From NCBI GenBank assembly GCA_016182915.1, contig JACPFP010000002.1, positions 230,244 through 294,243 on the forward strand: a DNA stretch of 64,000 nt. Reading direction: 5' to 3'. The stretch comes from Candidatus Dojkabacteria bacterium. GTDB taxonomy: Bacteria > Patescibacteriota > Dojkabacteria > SC72. Shown piece after piece: positions 34,110-42,847 of the stretch. The translations under genes were made by a program, and so were the position numbers. The notes beneath the pieces are model-generated. The model saw only the letters and a list, made by a program, of their open reading frames with translations, searched no databases and was not told the DNA's origin. How positions within the stretch are numbered: the stretch's first letter is position 1; each line of letters begins with the position of its first letter.

Positions 34110-36002
34110 CTATTTCTTCTCTATATTTATAAAGGTAACGTTATTACCCTGAGGTGGAATCTGTAAATATCCAGGTGCTCTTAAGTTGTAGACCGCTTCA
34201 AAACTGGCTCCTGGAATAGTTATAGTTCCCCTATTTGTACTGAACAGAATCGATGAAGTCTGACCCTGACTAGAGAACGACGATACCACCGAGTACACCT
34301 CTTTAACTGGATTGTTAAGTAATCCAGCCATCTGATCCTTATTGTACGGATTACCTGCAATTCCAGAGATAGGGCAATCAGAAATTGTAACAGGGAGGAT
34401 TCTTGAATAATCTACACTACCTTTTAAACCACTCCCCTCGTTCACCAACCATACATTGATAATATCCGCCATTTCTTTATTTGATAGATAGTTTCTCCCC
34501 TTGTTATCGATATTAGTTACGTCCTTCTTTGAAGAGTTACAGACCCCACCATTAAGAAGATTATACCAAGTTTTATAGAACCAAGGGCTATTTCCATATT
34601 TGGATCCTTCATACGCATTCTCCGTCCAACTTCCGCTCCCACCCTGCTTATTCGTAGTATCCCATCCTGAGGTATTTAAATATCCTCCAGAGGTTGAAGA
34701 AAATTGGAAATTACCTGTTCCGCCACTCAGAACCCACTTACTCGTATAGTCCACAGCTTGCTGCCATGCACTCGCATTTTTCTCCTTTTTTACCACCTGA
34801 CAGCTCTGACTCGGACAGATATATACATGACCATTACATTTTGCACTGTGTGTTTGAATATATCTAAGGGCGTAGCTTCTTGCAGAGACAACCTGTGCTC
34901 TCAAGACCGCAGTTGGCCAGCTACTTGGAACCTCGTAGAGCCTCTTGAGATACTCATCTACAGTAAAAGCCTGACAATTAAAGGCCTGCCCGTATTCATT
35001 TGTACCGTTTACATAGATTAATGATGGTACCGCATAGCTTTTATTCAAAGTCTCAGTGCCATAGTAAGCCTTGAGGATTTGTTCCGCACTCTGCCCTGCC
35101 TTCGCCCGACCATATGCTCCATACTGGCTCATACCGTTTCTATGGGTATAGGCACCCAGGGAAAATACTGCAAAGCTACCCGATTTCGCATTTGATACAA
35201 AGCCTGTCTTTGAGGAAAGGTTCTCAACGCTACCAGGTACATCTCCAACTCCAATAATCCCTCCCGATGCCTTTGCTAGAAGTATCGCCTCCTGTAGCTT
35301 TGAAATTTCCCCTTTTAGTGACGATATATCACTTCCCAGCCTCGAAGAAAGACTCTTTTTTGATGCCGCCTGAGAAGCCAAAGCGACTTTCTGTGATATG
35401 AGAGACTCTTTAGACTTCTCTAATCCCTCCTTTTCCTCTTCTAAGGACCCTTTCTCTCTCTCAACTTCAAGTTTCTCCTGTTTGAGTTGAGCAAAATTCT
35501 GAGAAAGAAGCTTTAATTTACCTACATAGCCAAATCCACTTAATTTCCGAAGAAATAGACCACGCAGAAGATCATCAGCACTTCTATTCGCAAAAAGGTA
35601 CTCTATGAATCCGAAGCGTGAAGATTTGTATAAGTTGGAAGCAATATCATCCAGAGCTTTCTGTTCCTTCTCCAGCTCACTCTGTTTTTGATTGATTACC
35701 TTCTCTTTCTGCTTAATCTCGTTAGATGCAGACTTTATATAGGTATCAATCTTATCAACCTGAGCACTCATCAGTTCTATCTTCTCATCAATACTCACAC
35801 TGCTCTTGTTAATTTCCTCTATCTCCCTCTTTATTTTATCCAAAGTACTCTCTTTCTCTTTAATCTCCTGGTTCTTCTTCTCTACCTCACTCTCTAAGTC
35901 ACCAACATCCTGTGAAAAAGCAGGGAGAGTGAAAAAGACCAAGGCATATACAACGAAGAGGAGAGAAAAAAGGATAATTTTTGGGGCATTTCTAAATTCC
36001 AT
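34110..36002 (-). CDS. secreted or membrane-anchored coiled-coil protein with a SpoIID/LytB-type peptidoglycan lytic domain
   Basis: N-terminal signal/TM, then ~250 aa of heptad-rich E/K coiled coil. The SpoIID/LytB signatures follow: GMSQYGAYGRA, and AVLRAQVVSARSYAL...CNGHVYICPSQSCQVV. An unknown ~200-aa C-terminal domain completes the protein. Confidence 0.65.
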   Translation of the reverse strand: MEFRNAPKIILFSLLFVVYALVFFTLPAFSQDVGDLESEVEKKNQEIKEKESTLDKIKREIEEINKSSVSIDEKIELMSAQVDKIDTYIKSASNEIKQKEKVINQKQSELEKEQKALDDIASNLYKSSRFGFIEYLFANRSADDLLRGLFLRKLSGFGYVGKLKLLSQNFAQLKQEKLEVEREKGSLEEEKEGLEKSKESLISQKVALASQAASKKSLSSRLGSDISSLKGEISKLQEAILLAKASGGIIGVGDVPGSVENLSSKTGFVSNAKSGSFAVFSLGAYTHRNGMSQYGAYGRAKAGQSAEQILKAYYGTETLNKSYAVPSLIYVNGTNEYGQAFNCQAFTVDEYLKRLYEVPSSWPTAVLRAQVVSARSYALRYIQTHSAKCNGHVYICPSQSCQVVKKEKNASAWQQAVDYTSKWVLSGGTGNFQFSSTSGGYLNTSGWDTTNKQGGSGSWTENAYEGSKYGNSPWFYKTWYNLLNGGVCNSSKKDVTNIDNKGRNYLSNKEMADIINVWLVNEGSGLKGSVDYSRILPVTISDCPISGIAGNPYNKDQMAGLLNNPVKEVYSVVSSFSSQGQTSSILFSTNRGTITIPGASFEAVYNLRAPGYLQIPPQGNNVTFINIEKK

Positions 36003-36026
36003 ACCCTATTATACAGAAAGAGTGAA

Positions 36027-36350
36027 TTAGTTTCCTATGAAGTCCAGAACTCCTTTTAGAATTGCTCTGAAAAGGAAGAGAAATACCAAACCAACAATTG
36101 CCCATGTTAGAGTTCCTTGAGCCTGTTTTAATTTTCCAGGATCACCAGACGATAGCATCCACATATATCCACCGTACACAATCATGATTAAAGAGATTAG
36201 GCCACCAATTGGAAGGATAAGCTCGGAAACACTATCAACAATCCCACCAATCTCCTCTAATCTTGGAGGAGCGGCAGCAAGTACCTTTCGGGGAAGAAGA
36301 GCCATTACAGCCAGAGAGAGAGAGGTTAATGCGGTTTTAATTTTTTTCAT
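36027..36350 (-). CDS. VirB2/TrbC-like two-helix pilin paralog A
   Basis: Signal peptide (MKKIKTALTSLSLAVMALLP...A), then hydrophobic helix 1 ending YGGYMWMLSSGDPGKLKQAQ, then hydrophobic helix 2. Confidence 0.5.
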   Translation of the reverse strand: MKKIKTALTSLSLAVMALLPRKVLAAAPPRLEEIGGIVDSVSELILPIGGLISLIMIVYGGYMWMLSSGDPGKLKQAQGTLTWAIVGLVFLFLFRAILKGVLDFIGN

Positions 36351-36352
36351 AT

Positions 36353-36625
36353 TTATAGTTTTCCTAGTACATTATCTAATATAAATCTGACAATTAGAGG
36401 AGAGATAAAGACAACTATCAAACCTACCAAAGTATAAATAATACTTTTTTGGGCCTTCTCTGCCTTTCCACTATCCCCTGCTGAAAGTATATACTGAAAA
36501 CCTGAAAAAACCAATGAACCAACTGCAATGAGAGCCGAAATAGCAATAATGAGATTAATGGTACCTTGAACCATTTCTATGAGAGAGCTATAACCTGTAC
36601 TATTTATAATAGATATATCGAACAT
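36353..36625 (-). CDS. VirB2/TrbC-like two-helix pilin paralog B
   Basis: Shares the family core with the other four: ...VFSGFQYILSAGDSGKAEKAQKS..., then a second hydrophobic helix. Confidence 0.5.
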   Translation of the reverse strand: MFDISIINSTGYSSLIEMVQGTINLIIAISALIAVGSLVFSGFQYILSAGDSGKAEKAQKSIIYTLVGLIVVFISPLIVRFILDNVLGKL

Positions 36626-36682
36626 AAGGTACGAGATAATATAAAAAAGGCAGGAGCGAACTCCTGCCTTCCAAAGTCTTAA

Positions 36683-37051
36683 TTAAGCTTTCAAAAGCTC
36701 CTTAAGGACGAAGTTTACAATCAATACTGATATGAAACAAATAACCAAACCAATGATTGCATAAGTAATACCTTTTGTAGCTTTCTCAATCTTTCCATCA
36801 TCACCAGATGCAACGATATACTGGATACCACTGTATACAAGAACACCAACAGAGATAAGTGCGGCAAGAGCAATAATCAAGTTCAATGCATTCTGAATGA
36901 ATCCGATTAAATTTCCACCACTGGTAGAACCATTAACTCCCCCGATAAAATCACCTGCACTAGCTGCAAGAGTGGCTGAAGCAAAATACAAAGCAGATCC
37001 AAGTGATGCTGCGTATGTCCCGACCTTCGCGATTACATTACTAACTTTCAT
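36683..37051 (-). CDS. VirB2/TrbC-like two-helix pilin paralog C
   Basis: Core ...VYSGIQYIVASGDDGKIEKATKG... flanked by two hydrophobic helices. Longer Gly/Ser-rich N-terminal region. Confidence 0.5.
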   Translation of the reverse strand: MKVSNVIAKVGTYAASLGSALYFASATLAASAGDFIGGVNGSTSGGNLIGFIQNALNLIIALAALISVGVLVYSGIQYIVASGDDGKIEKATKGITYAIIGLVICFISVLIVNFVLKELLKA

Positions 37052-37142
37052 TGTTATTTAAGAGTAATTAAATTAATAGCTTATAACTACGGACATTATA
37101 TTATATGTGAAATCAATCTGCAATAGGATAAACACCAAATAT

Positions 37143-37478
37143 CTATCTTAAGAACTCAGTAATTAAGAACATTACAATCATGCGTGCTAAAAAGACTATT
37201 ATCATTCCAACAATTGAATTAGTTATAATACTTTGCGCCTGTTCTATCTTATCTCCGTCTCCTGCAGCGGTAATCATTGTAATACCTCCATATACAAGTA
37301 AAGCAACTAGAACCAACGCAGACAGGTTTACAGCACCATTAACGAGTTCAGTAGCCTTACCAACGGCTCCCCCAACAGTAGTAAAGGAATCACTTCCCCA
37401 AGGATTGGAAATTCCAAACCAGCTCGCAAACATATATCCTTTTTCTTTAACCTTCTCACTAATCTTTTTTAGATTCAT
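37143..37478 (-). CDS. VirB2/TrbC-like two-helix pilin paralog D
   Basis: Core ...VYGGITMITAAGDGDKIEQAQS... flanked by two hydrophobic helices. Confidence 0.5.
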   Translation of the reverse strand: MNLKKISEKVKEKGYMFASWFGISNPWGSDSFTTVGGAVGKATELVNGAVNLSALVLVALLVYGGITMITAAGDGDKIEQAQSIITNSIVGMIIVFLARMIVMFLITEFLR

Positions 37479-37496
37479 ATGTATTTATAAAATAGT

Positions 37497-37850
37497 TTAA
37501 GGATTTATCCCAGGGATATTTAACGTGTTCTTTATAAGAAGCAAGATAGCAACAGAAAGAGCAATTAACGCAAACCCTATCACTGCGTTAGTAACCACCT
37601 CCCTAGCCTCTTGCAATTTTTCTGGGTCGCCTTGGCTTGTAATCATGTTATAGCCAGCATAAGCAAAAAGTCCAATTGCGCTTAATACACCAACAGGGAT
37701 AGATAATTGGACAAGCGCATTTACTAGTGAAGGGATATCCTGTGAGTTAACTACATCAGTTACATTACCAGATATCGCATTACTCAAAGCATCTGCATAT
37801 GCTGGAGTTGAAATTGCATGAAAGAATTTTTCTAAAAGACTCTGTATCAT
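37497..37850 (-). CDS. VirB2/TrbC-like two-helix pilin paralog E
   Basis: Probable signal peptide (..STPAYA|D), core ...AYAGYNMITSQGDPEKLQEAREV..., then a second hydrophobic helix. Confidence 0.5.
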   Translation of the reverse strand: MIQSLLEKFFHAISTPAYADALSNAISGNVTDVVNSQDIPSLVNALVQLSIPVGVLSAIGLFAYAGYNMITSQGDPEKLQEAREVVTNAVIGFALIALSVAILLLIKNTLNIPGINP

Positions 37851-37868
37851 ATATGTTGGAATTATACA

Positions 37869-40856
37869 CTACAAAATAGCCTCTTCACAAACGTCTTGAT
37901 AGTTGCAATACATACAGTTGTGGGAACGAGGGATTGTGAAATCACCAGCTCTAATTTTCCCTACGATATTCTCTATCTTCTTAATAACATTCTTTTTTCT
38001 CCTATCTGTTACACTAATCTCTACCTTTTTACTATGCTCAACATAGATATACGAGGCTTTATCAACCTTAACACCCCACAAAGCTTCTGCCACGAGAGCG
38101 TAGAATACTAACTGCCACTGAGTATTAGCGTCCTTCTGAGACTTTGCCTTCCCTGTCTTGTAATCAATAATCTCCACATGTTTAACTCCGTCCTTAATCC
38201 CAAGAAGGTCCACCCTATCGACCTTTCCTAATACTCTAAAATCACTCATAGAGTACTTAAACGATTTTTCAAGAAATAGAGTTCTCTCTGTTCCCGTATG
38301 AAAGCTTTCAAAGTACCTCTCTAAAGCCTTCTTTCCAAACTCAAACCTCTTCTTCTCATGAGCCTTCGATTCATAGCCCTCAGGTTGCCAGAATGTTTCA
38401 TAAAGGTCCAGCAAGTCCTTCTTTCCAGGCTTATCTACAAATCCTTCAAGCCCTTCATTTGCAACAGCAAGCTTCTCATAGAAAGTTCTGAGTACATTAT
38501 GAACCGTGTTACCAAATGAAAGAGCTGCGTTTGTTGGGAGAGGAATTTTTAATACGTAGCTATACTTATACTGACGAGGACACATCTCATATGAAGCGAT
38601 TTGGGAGTAACTAAATTGATTCTTAAGCTCTACCCCCACCTTTTTGTAATCTATGATATCCGAGTTATCTAACCTCTGGAAAACCTGGAAGTCAACGGAA
38701 TCTTCTGTATCCTTAATACTCTTTAGGTCTTCATTTACATCTCTTCCCAAAACCTCATTCAAAAATCCACTTACCTTTCTAATCCGGCCAGCCCCGCTAT
38801 ACGACTTAGCCACACTCAAGAAAAGTTTCTCCTTTGCCCTCGTAACACCTACATAGAAAAGCCTCCTCTCCTCGTGTAAGTGTTCATTTACCTCTTCACC
38901 ACTTGGTAGGACCTCTTTTATCAGGTCGTTGGGTATAGCAAGTTTGTCATACTTCGCCCTGGTTGGAAATCTATCCTCAACGAGGTTAACAATGAAAACG
39001 ACAGGAAACTCTAAACCCTTAGATCCATGTACTGTTGAAATATTAACACCTTCAAAATCAGCGACTGCTTCACCATTTGTACTAGGGTTCTCCCCAATTT
39101 CAAGACTGTAGTCTAAATAATCAAGATACTCATAGATGGTTGCTCCGACATTGCTTTTTTCAAATTCCTTAAGCATCTCAAAATACTTCCTAATATTCTC
39201 AACTTTGAAGATATCTTTCTGATTATCTTCTTTGATAATATTGTCTTTCCAACCGCTTTTATCGAAAAATTCGTAGAGAATATGACCCACACCTTTACCC
39301 TCTTTAACCAACTCGAACCCTCTTCTCAGAAGTTTAACAATATTACTTATCGCTGTTAATGCCGTATTATTGAGTCTCTTCTTTAGTTGAGAAACTTCCT
39401 CTTCCTTCTCAACTATCTTCTCAAAAAGTTCAAATAGAGGTATATGAGTCTTCCTGGAATACCTCATCAGTTCAACCACCTCTCGTGCTTCGAAGCCCCA
39501 AACCTTCATACTTAAGATATTAAACATAGAAACCCCATGGTCGTAGTCTGAAAGAAGCCTTAGATATGAAATTAGAACTTTAATCTCATCAGTATTGTAT
39601 AATCCCTTCGCGCCTCCAAATCTGTATGGAATTCCCCTGTACCTAAGGGCCTGAATAAAGTCCTCGCTCTGAGTATGAGCTCTAACAAGGATAGCCATAT
39701 CGGAGTATGTATACTTCTTTTCAACCTCTACCATCTCACTTATAAGTTTTGCAATCTGATCTGCTTCATTTGATCCGGTATTTGAGAGGATTAGTTTAAC
39801 CGCATCTTTTTCGTCTTTCTCGTAATCAGCCCTTGCAATCAGCCGCTTACTCGTTTGCTCCGTTACCTCAAGTCTATACGGATTATTGTTCTGTATTAGC
39901 CTGTATGCACAATCTAGTATCTCCTGTTTAGAGCGGTAGTTTTCAGTCAGAACAATTCGCTTTGCGGTTGAGTACACATCTTTAAACTGGATTATGTTTG
40001 AGATAGCTGCGCCACGAAACTTATAGATGGATTGATCATCATCCCCAACCACTGTAATATTCGCCGATTTACTCTCTTTCTCACTAATATCTTTCGGATC
40101 TTTACCTGTTGCCAGCATGTTCACAAGTACGTTCTGGGTATAGTTTGTATCCTGATACTCGTCTACAAGGATATATTTAAATTTCTCATGATACTTCTTA
40201 AGGATATTAGGTCTGTCTCTAAAAAGTTTGATTACAGTATTTATTAGATCTCCAAAGTCCAATCGAGATTCCTTTAATTTTAACTCTGTGAAGAATTTGT
40301 ATGCGTTAGCTAGTTCAACCATCTGTTTTTTATCCAATCCTTTTGTATCATCATCTTCCTTAATCCCATTTGCATACTTGATATAGTCCTCCGGGGTTAC
40401 ATCCTCATCTTGAAGTCTGGAAAAGTGGCTGAGGATTTGGGATATAAAACCGCTTGGGTTGCCAAGGGGGCGGAAAATATCTAATGGCATCTCGAATATA
40501 TGTTTACGAAAGAGCATATATGCTTCAACCTCAGTCATTAGTTTGTAGTTGGGATTGAGTCCAAGAAAAATACTCTCCTGTCTTAGAATCCTATCGCAAA
40601 AGGAGTGGAAGGTTGATATCCACACCTCTTCGTATCCGTATGGCATAGCCACATCTACTCTTTCTAGCATCTCTTTTGATGCCTTTTCAGTGAATGTTAG
40701 GGCCAATATCTCAGATGGTTTAGCCCATCCTTTGTTTACAATATTGAGTATTCTCTGGGTTATAACTGCTGTCTTTCCCGTGCCGGCTCCAGCAATTATA
40801 AGAAGTGGCCCAGATTTATGATTAACGGCTTCAAGTTGAGATTTATTAAGATCCAT
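37869..40856 (-). CDS. UvrD/PcrA-like SF1 helicase fused to a C-terminal Cas4/AddB-type PD-(D/E)xK nuclease with an Fe-S cluster
   Basis: N-terminal helicase motif I AGAGTGKT, then the UvrD motifs DEYQDT and the VGDDDQSIY region. The C-terminal ~250 aa have an N-terminal Cys (CPRQYKY), an exonuclease core (EIIDYKTGK), and a C-terminal CMYCNYQDVC triad typical of 4Fe-4S RecB-family nucleases. Confidence 0.8.
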   Translation of the reverse strand: MDLNKSQLEAVNHKSGPLLIIAGAGTGKTAVITQRILNIVNKGWAKPSEILALTFTEKASKEMLERVDVAMPYGYEEVWISTFHSFCDRILRQESIFLGLNPNYKLMTEVEAYMLFRKHIFEMPLDIFRPLGNPSGFISQILSHFSRLQDEDVTPEDYIKYANGIKEDDDTKGLDKKQMVELANAYKFFTELKLKESRLDFGDLINTVIKLFRDRPNILKKYHEKFKYILVDEYQDTNYTQNVLVNMLATGKDPKDISEKESKSANITVVGDDDQSIYKFRGAAISNIIQFKDVYSTAKRIVLTENYRSKQEILDCAYRLIQNNNPYRLEVTEQTSKRLIARADYEKDEKDAVKLILSNTGSNEADQIAKLISEMVEVEKKYTYSDMAILVRAHTQSEDFIQALRYRGIPYRFGGAKGLYNTDEIKVLISYLRLLSDYDHGVSMFNILSMKVWGFEAREVVELMRYSRKTHIPLFELFEKIVEKEEEVSQLKKRLNNTALTAISNIVKLLRRGFELVKEGKGVGHILYEFFDKSGWKDNIIKEDNQKDIFKVENIRKYFEMLKEFEKSNVGATIYEYLDYLDYSLEIGENPSTNGEAVADFEGVNISTVHGSKGLEFPVVFIVNLVEDRFPTRAKYDKLAIPNDLIKEVLPSGEEVNEHLHEERRLFYVGVTRAKEKLFLSVAKSYSGAGRIRKVSGFLNEVLGRDVNEDLKSIKDTEDSVDFQVFQRLDNSDIIDYKKVGVELKNQFSYSQIASYEMCPRQYKYSYVLKIPLPTNAALSFGNTVHNVLRTFYEKLAVANEGLEGFVDKPGKKDLLDLYETFWQPEGYESKAHEKKRFEFGKKALERYFESFHTGTERTLFLEKSFKYSMSDFRVLGKVDRVDLLGIKDGVKHVEIIDYKTGKAKSQKDANTQWQLVFYALVAEALWGVKVDKASYIYVEHSKKVEISVTDRRKKNVIKKIENIVGKIRAGDFTIPRSHNCMYCNYQDVCEEAIL

Positions 40857-40887
40857 GCCCCATTATACAACAGTGTGAATATGAGGA

Positions 40888-41190
40888 CTATTTAACAATA
40901 CTGTTTAACCAACTTTCAAAATCGCTGTTTATTTTATCTACCCCTAACTGACCTATAAAGTTATCATAGTTGATTTCGCGTTTAATGACATCTTTAACCG
41001 CGTCGTACTTACCTTCCTTAGTCTTTACAATTAGAACCACTTCAGGTTCTTCAGTGACCTTTCCTTCATATTTATATATACATGTAATTGGAAAAAAATT
41101 AACACAGTTCGCGAGGTTTAAATCTAGAAGCTTCATACCGATTCTTTTGGCTTCGTCATTATTATTTAAAGTAATGTATATAATATTCAT
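40888..41190 (-). CDS. cutA: CutA1 divalent-cation tolerance protein
   Basis: 100 aa with the CutA pattern ...A.....L...LANCVNFFP.I.CIY.YEGKV.EE.EVVLIVKT.... Confidence 0.7.
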   Translation of the reverse strand: MNIIYITLNNNDEAKRIGMKLLDLNLANCVNFFPITCIYKYEGKVTEEPEVVLIVKTKEGKYDAVKDVIKREINYDNFIGQLGVDKINSDFESWLNSIVK

Positions 41191-41244
41191 GGATATTTCC
41201 GATTAAATTAGCAATTAATATTAGCTTGAACTTCACCTGCGAGT

Positions 41245-41547
41245 CTAGTACTCACTTTTATAGACCTTACTTCCTCCTGAGTGACCACCGATAGTTAAAA
41301 CGATTATCATTTTAGATTTTCCACTAAAGTTCCATAGTATGCGGAGATCCCCCGTAACTTTGGACGCATACACAATACCGAAAAGATGTGAGTTTACTTT
41401 ATGTGTGTTAAGAGACTCTGCAAATGGATCCAGGGATAGTATTTCAATAACTTTCTTAACTTTAATTACTAAATGAGAGTTTCCTTTAGATACCTTATGA
41501 AGTTTTCTAACATAATATGTAGTTTGATCAATGTGGTATCTATTCAT
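41245..41547 (-). CDS. type II toxin, RelE/ParE superfamily
   Basis: 100 aa. Pattern ...VKKVIEILSLDPF...HKV.SHLFGIVY..KV.GDLRILWNF...KMIIVLTIGGH resembles RelE/StbE. Overlaps the upstream antitoxin gene by 8 nt. Confidence 0.55.
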   Translation of the reverse strand: MNRYHIDQTTYYVRKLHKVSKGNSHLVIKVKKVIEILSLDPFAESLNTHKVNSHLFGIVYASKVTGDLRILWNFSGKSKMIIVLTIGGHSGGSKVYKSEY

Positions 41548-41842
41548 CCTTTTTTACACTATCAGCAAGATTCAGATAGAAATCGTCAATATCTTTTTTA
41601 GTTTTAAGTGTTATATAGTTTCCCTTCCTATAATCCTCAAGTGCTTTCCCTACCTCCTTCTCTGTCTCCTCATCCAGGATCTCATACTCATCCGTCTCTA
41701 TATCCTTAATCGCCAGATGTCTAAGGTACTCAGCAAAGGAAACCCCAAATCTTTTAGCCTTGCCTTCAATTAATTTCGCAAGTCTACCTGGGAAAACCAT
41801 CTGTTTTACAATTTTATCCTGCATACCCATTAGTATATTCAT
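41540..41842 (-). CDS. ribbon-helix-helix (CopG/RelB/ParD-like) antitoxin
   Basis: 100 aa. N-terminal ...FPGRLAKLIEGKAKRFGVSFAEYLRHLAIKDIE fits an RHH fold. Acidic C-terminal tail. Encoded immediately upstream of, and overlapping, the toxin. Confidence 0.5.
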   Translation of the reverse strand: MNILMGMQDKIVKQMVFPGRLAKLIEGKAKRFGVSFAEYLRHLAIKDIETDEYEILDEETEKEVGKALEDYRKGNYITLKTKKDIDDFYLNLADSVKKDE

Positions 41843-41979
41843 AATAGTTTATTACTATATTATATAGATACTAAATCACAGGTTCAATACACACGTACTA
41901 TAGATATTGTACCAGAGGATAATTACAAAATTATAACAAAAGATGAGATTTACTATACTAAGCAAACATATTCCAGGAT

Positions 41980-42681
41980 TTAATACCCCTCGGCTATTCC
42001 ATCATTTTCAACATAGATGAGTGGAGGAACCTCCATTGATTCAGGGAGTACAAGGTCGTCGTATAAATCCTCTTTCATAGCCTCATCCTTTGTTAGCCAG
42101 AAGTTCTCTTGAACATCTGTTTTGGATATAAAACTACCTTCAAAATCCATAACAAGAAATGTAAAGAACATCACATCCTGTATATACTCTCCATCCTCTC
42201 TCCTTCTCATCTTTCTATATACTTTTTCAAGCTGGAATGATTTTGCAGTTAAACCTGTCTCCTCGAATAGCTCTCTTTTTGCCGTATCCTCAAGGCTCTC
42301 ACCAAATCTGATTTTCCCTGTAAGTCTCCCAACCTTACCAAGATATGGTTGTATCAACCTCTTTGAAAGCAGAAATTCTATTTTCCCCTCTTTATTCTTC
42401 CTCACGCATCTTAGAACAACCCCGACCTTCGGCTGCCTTTCAACAATCTCCATTGAGTCATCCAACCTGTTCATATACTCCTTCCCCAGGTCTGTTAGTG
42501 TATACAGGGTTTCAACCTTGTGAACGAAACCAAAGCTTACAATCTGTTTGAGATGGTAGTTAACGTGTTCACTCTCAAGTCCCTCAATAATCAGTTGGTT
42601 AAATTTCAACCCTTTACTTCTAACTAACTTCTTAAGTATCTCTATCTGATATCTGTGTAGTTTGATGTTTATATCGCCCAT
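41980..42681 (-). CDS. winged-HTH domain fused to a Nudix hydrolase domain
   Basis: N-terminal wHTH-like region (...LKFNQLIIEGLESEHVNYHLKQIVSFGFVHKV). C-terminal Nudix box GKIRFGESLEDTAKRELFEETGL. Confidence 0.6.
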   Translation of the reverse strand: MGDINIKLHRYQIEILKKLVRSKGLKFNQLIIEGLESEHVNYHLKQIVSFGFVHKVETLYTLTDLGKEYMNRLDDSMEIVERQPKVGVVLRCVRKNKEGKIEFLLSKRLIQPYLGKVGRLTGKIRFGESLEDTAKRELFEETGLTAKSFQLEKVYRKMRRREDGEYIQDVMFFTFLVMDFEGSFISKTDVQENFWLTKDEAMKEDLYDDLVLPESMEVPPLIYVENDGIAEGY

Positions 42682-42847
42682 TTATATTAAAGGTTATATT
42701 TTAATATCTAATTATCTTTATATATCACTGGGCAATCAAGTGAAAAAGTTTTTAGTAGTACCTTTACCCTATTATACAGAATTAAATGTACTGACAAAGC
42801 GTAACTATAGGGTGTATAATTCTTACACTAATATCAGAAATATAAAT

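Noticed and set aside
24275-41900. Whole 24-42 kb block as an integrative conjugative element (recombinase, ATPase, pilins, lytic enzyme, helicase, TA)
   Set aside because: Housekeeping genes (tRNA-Ile, smpB) are interspersed. No relaxase, VirB4/B6, or flanking direct repeats were found. The recombinase looks Xer-like.
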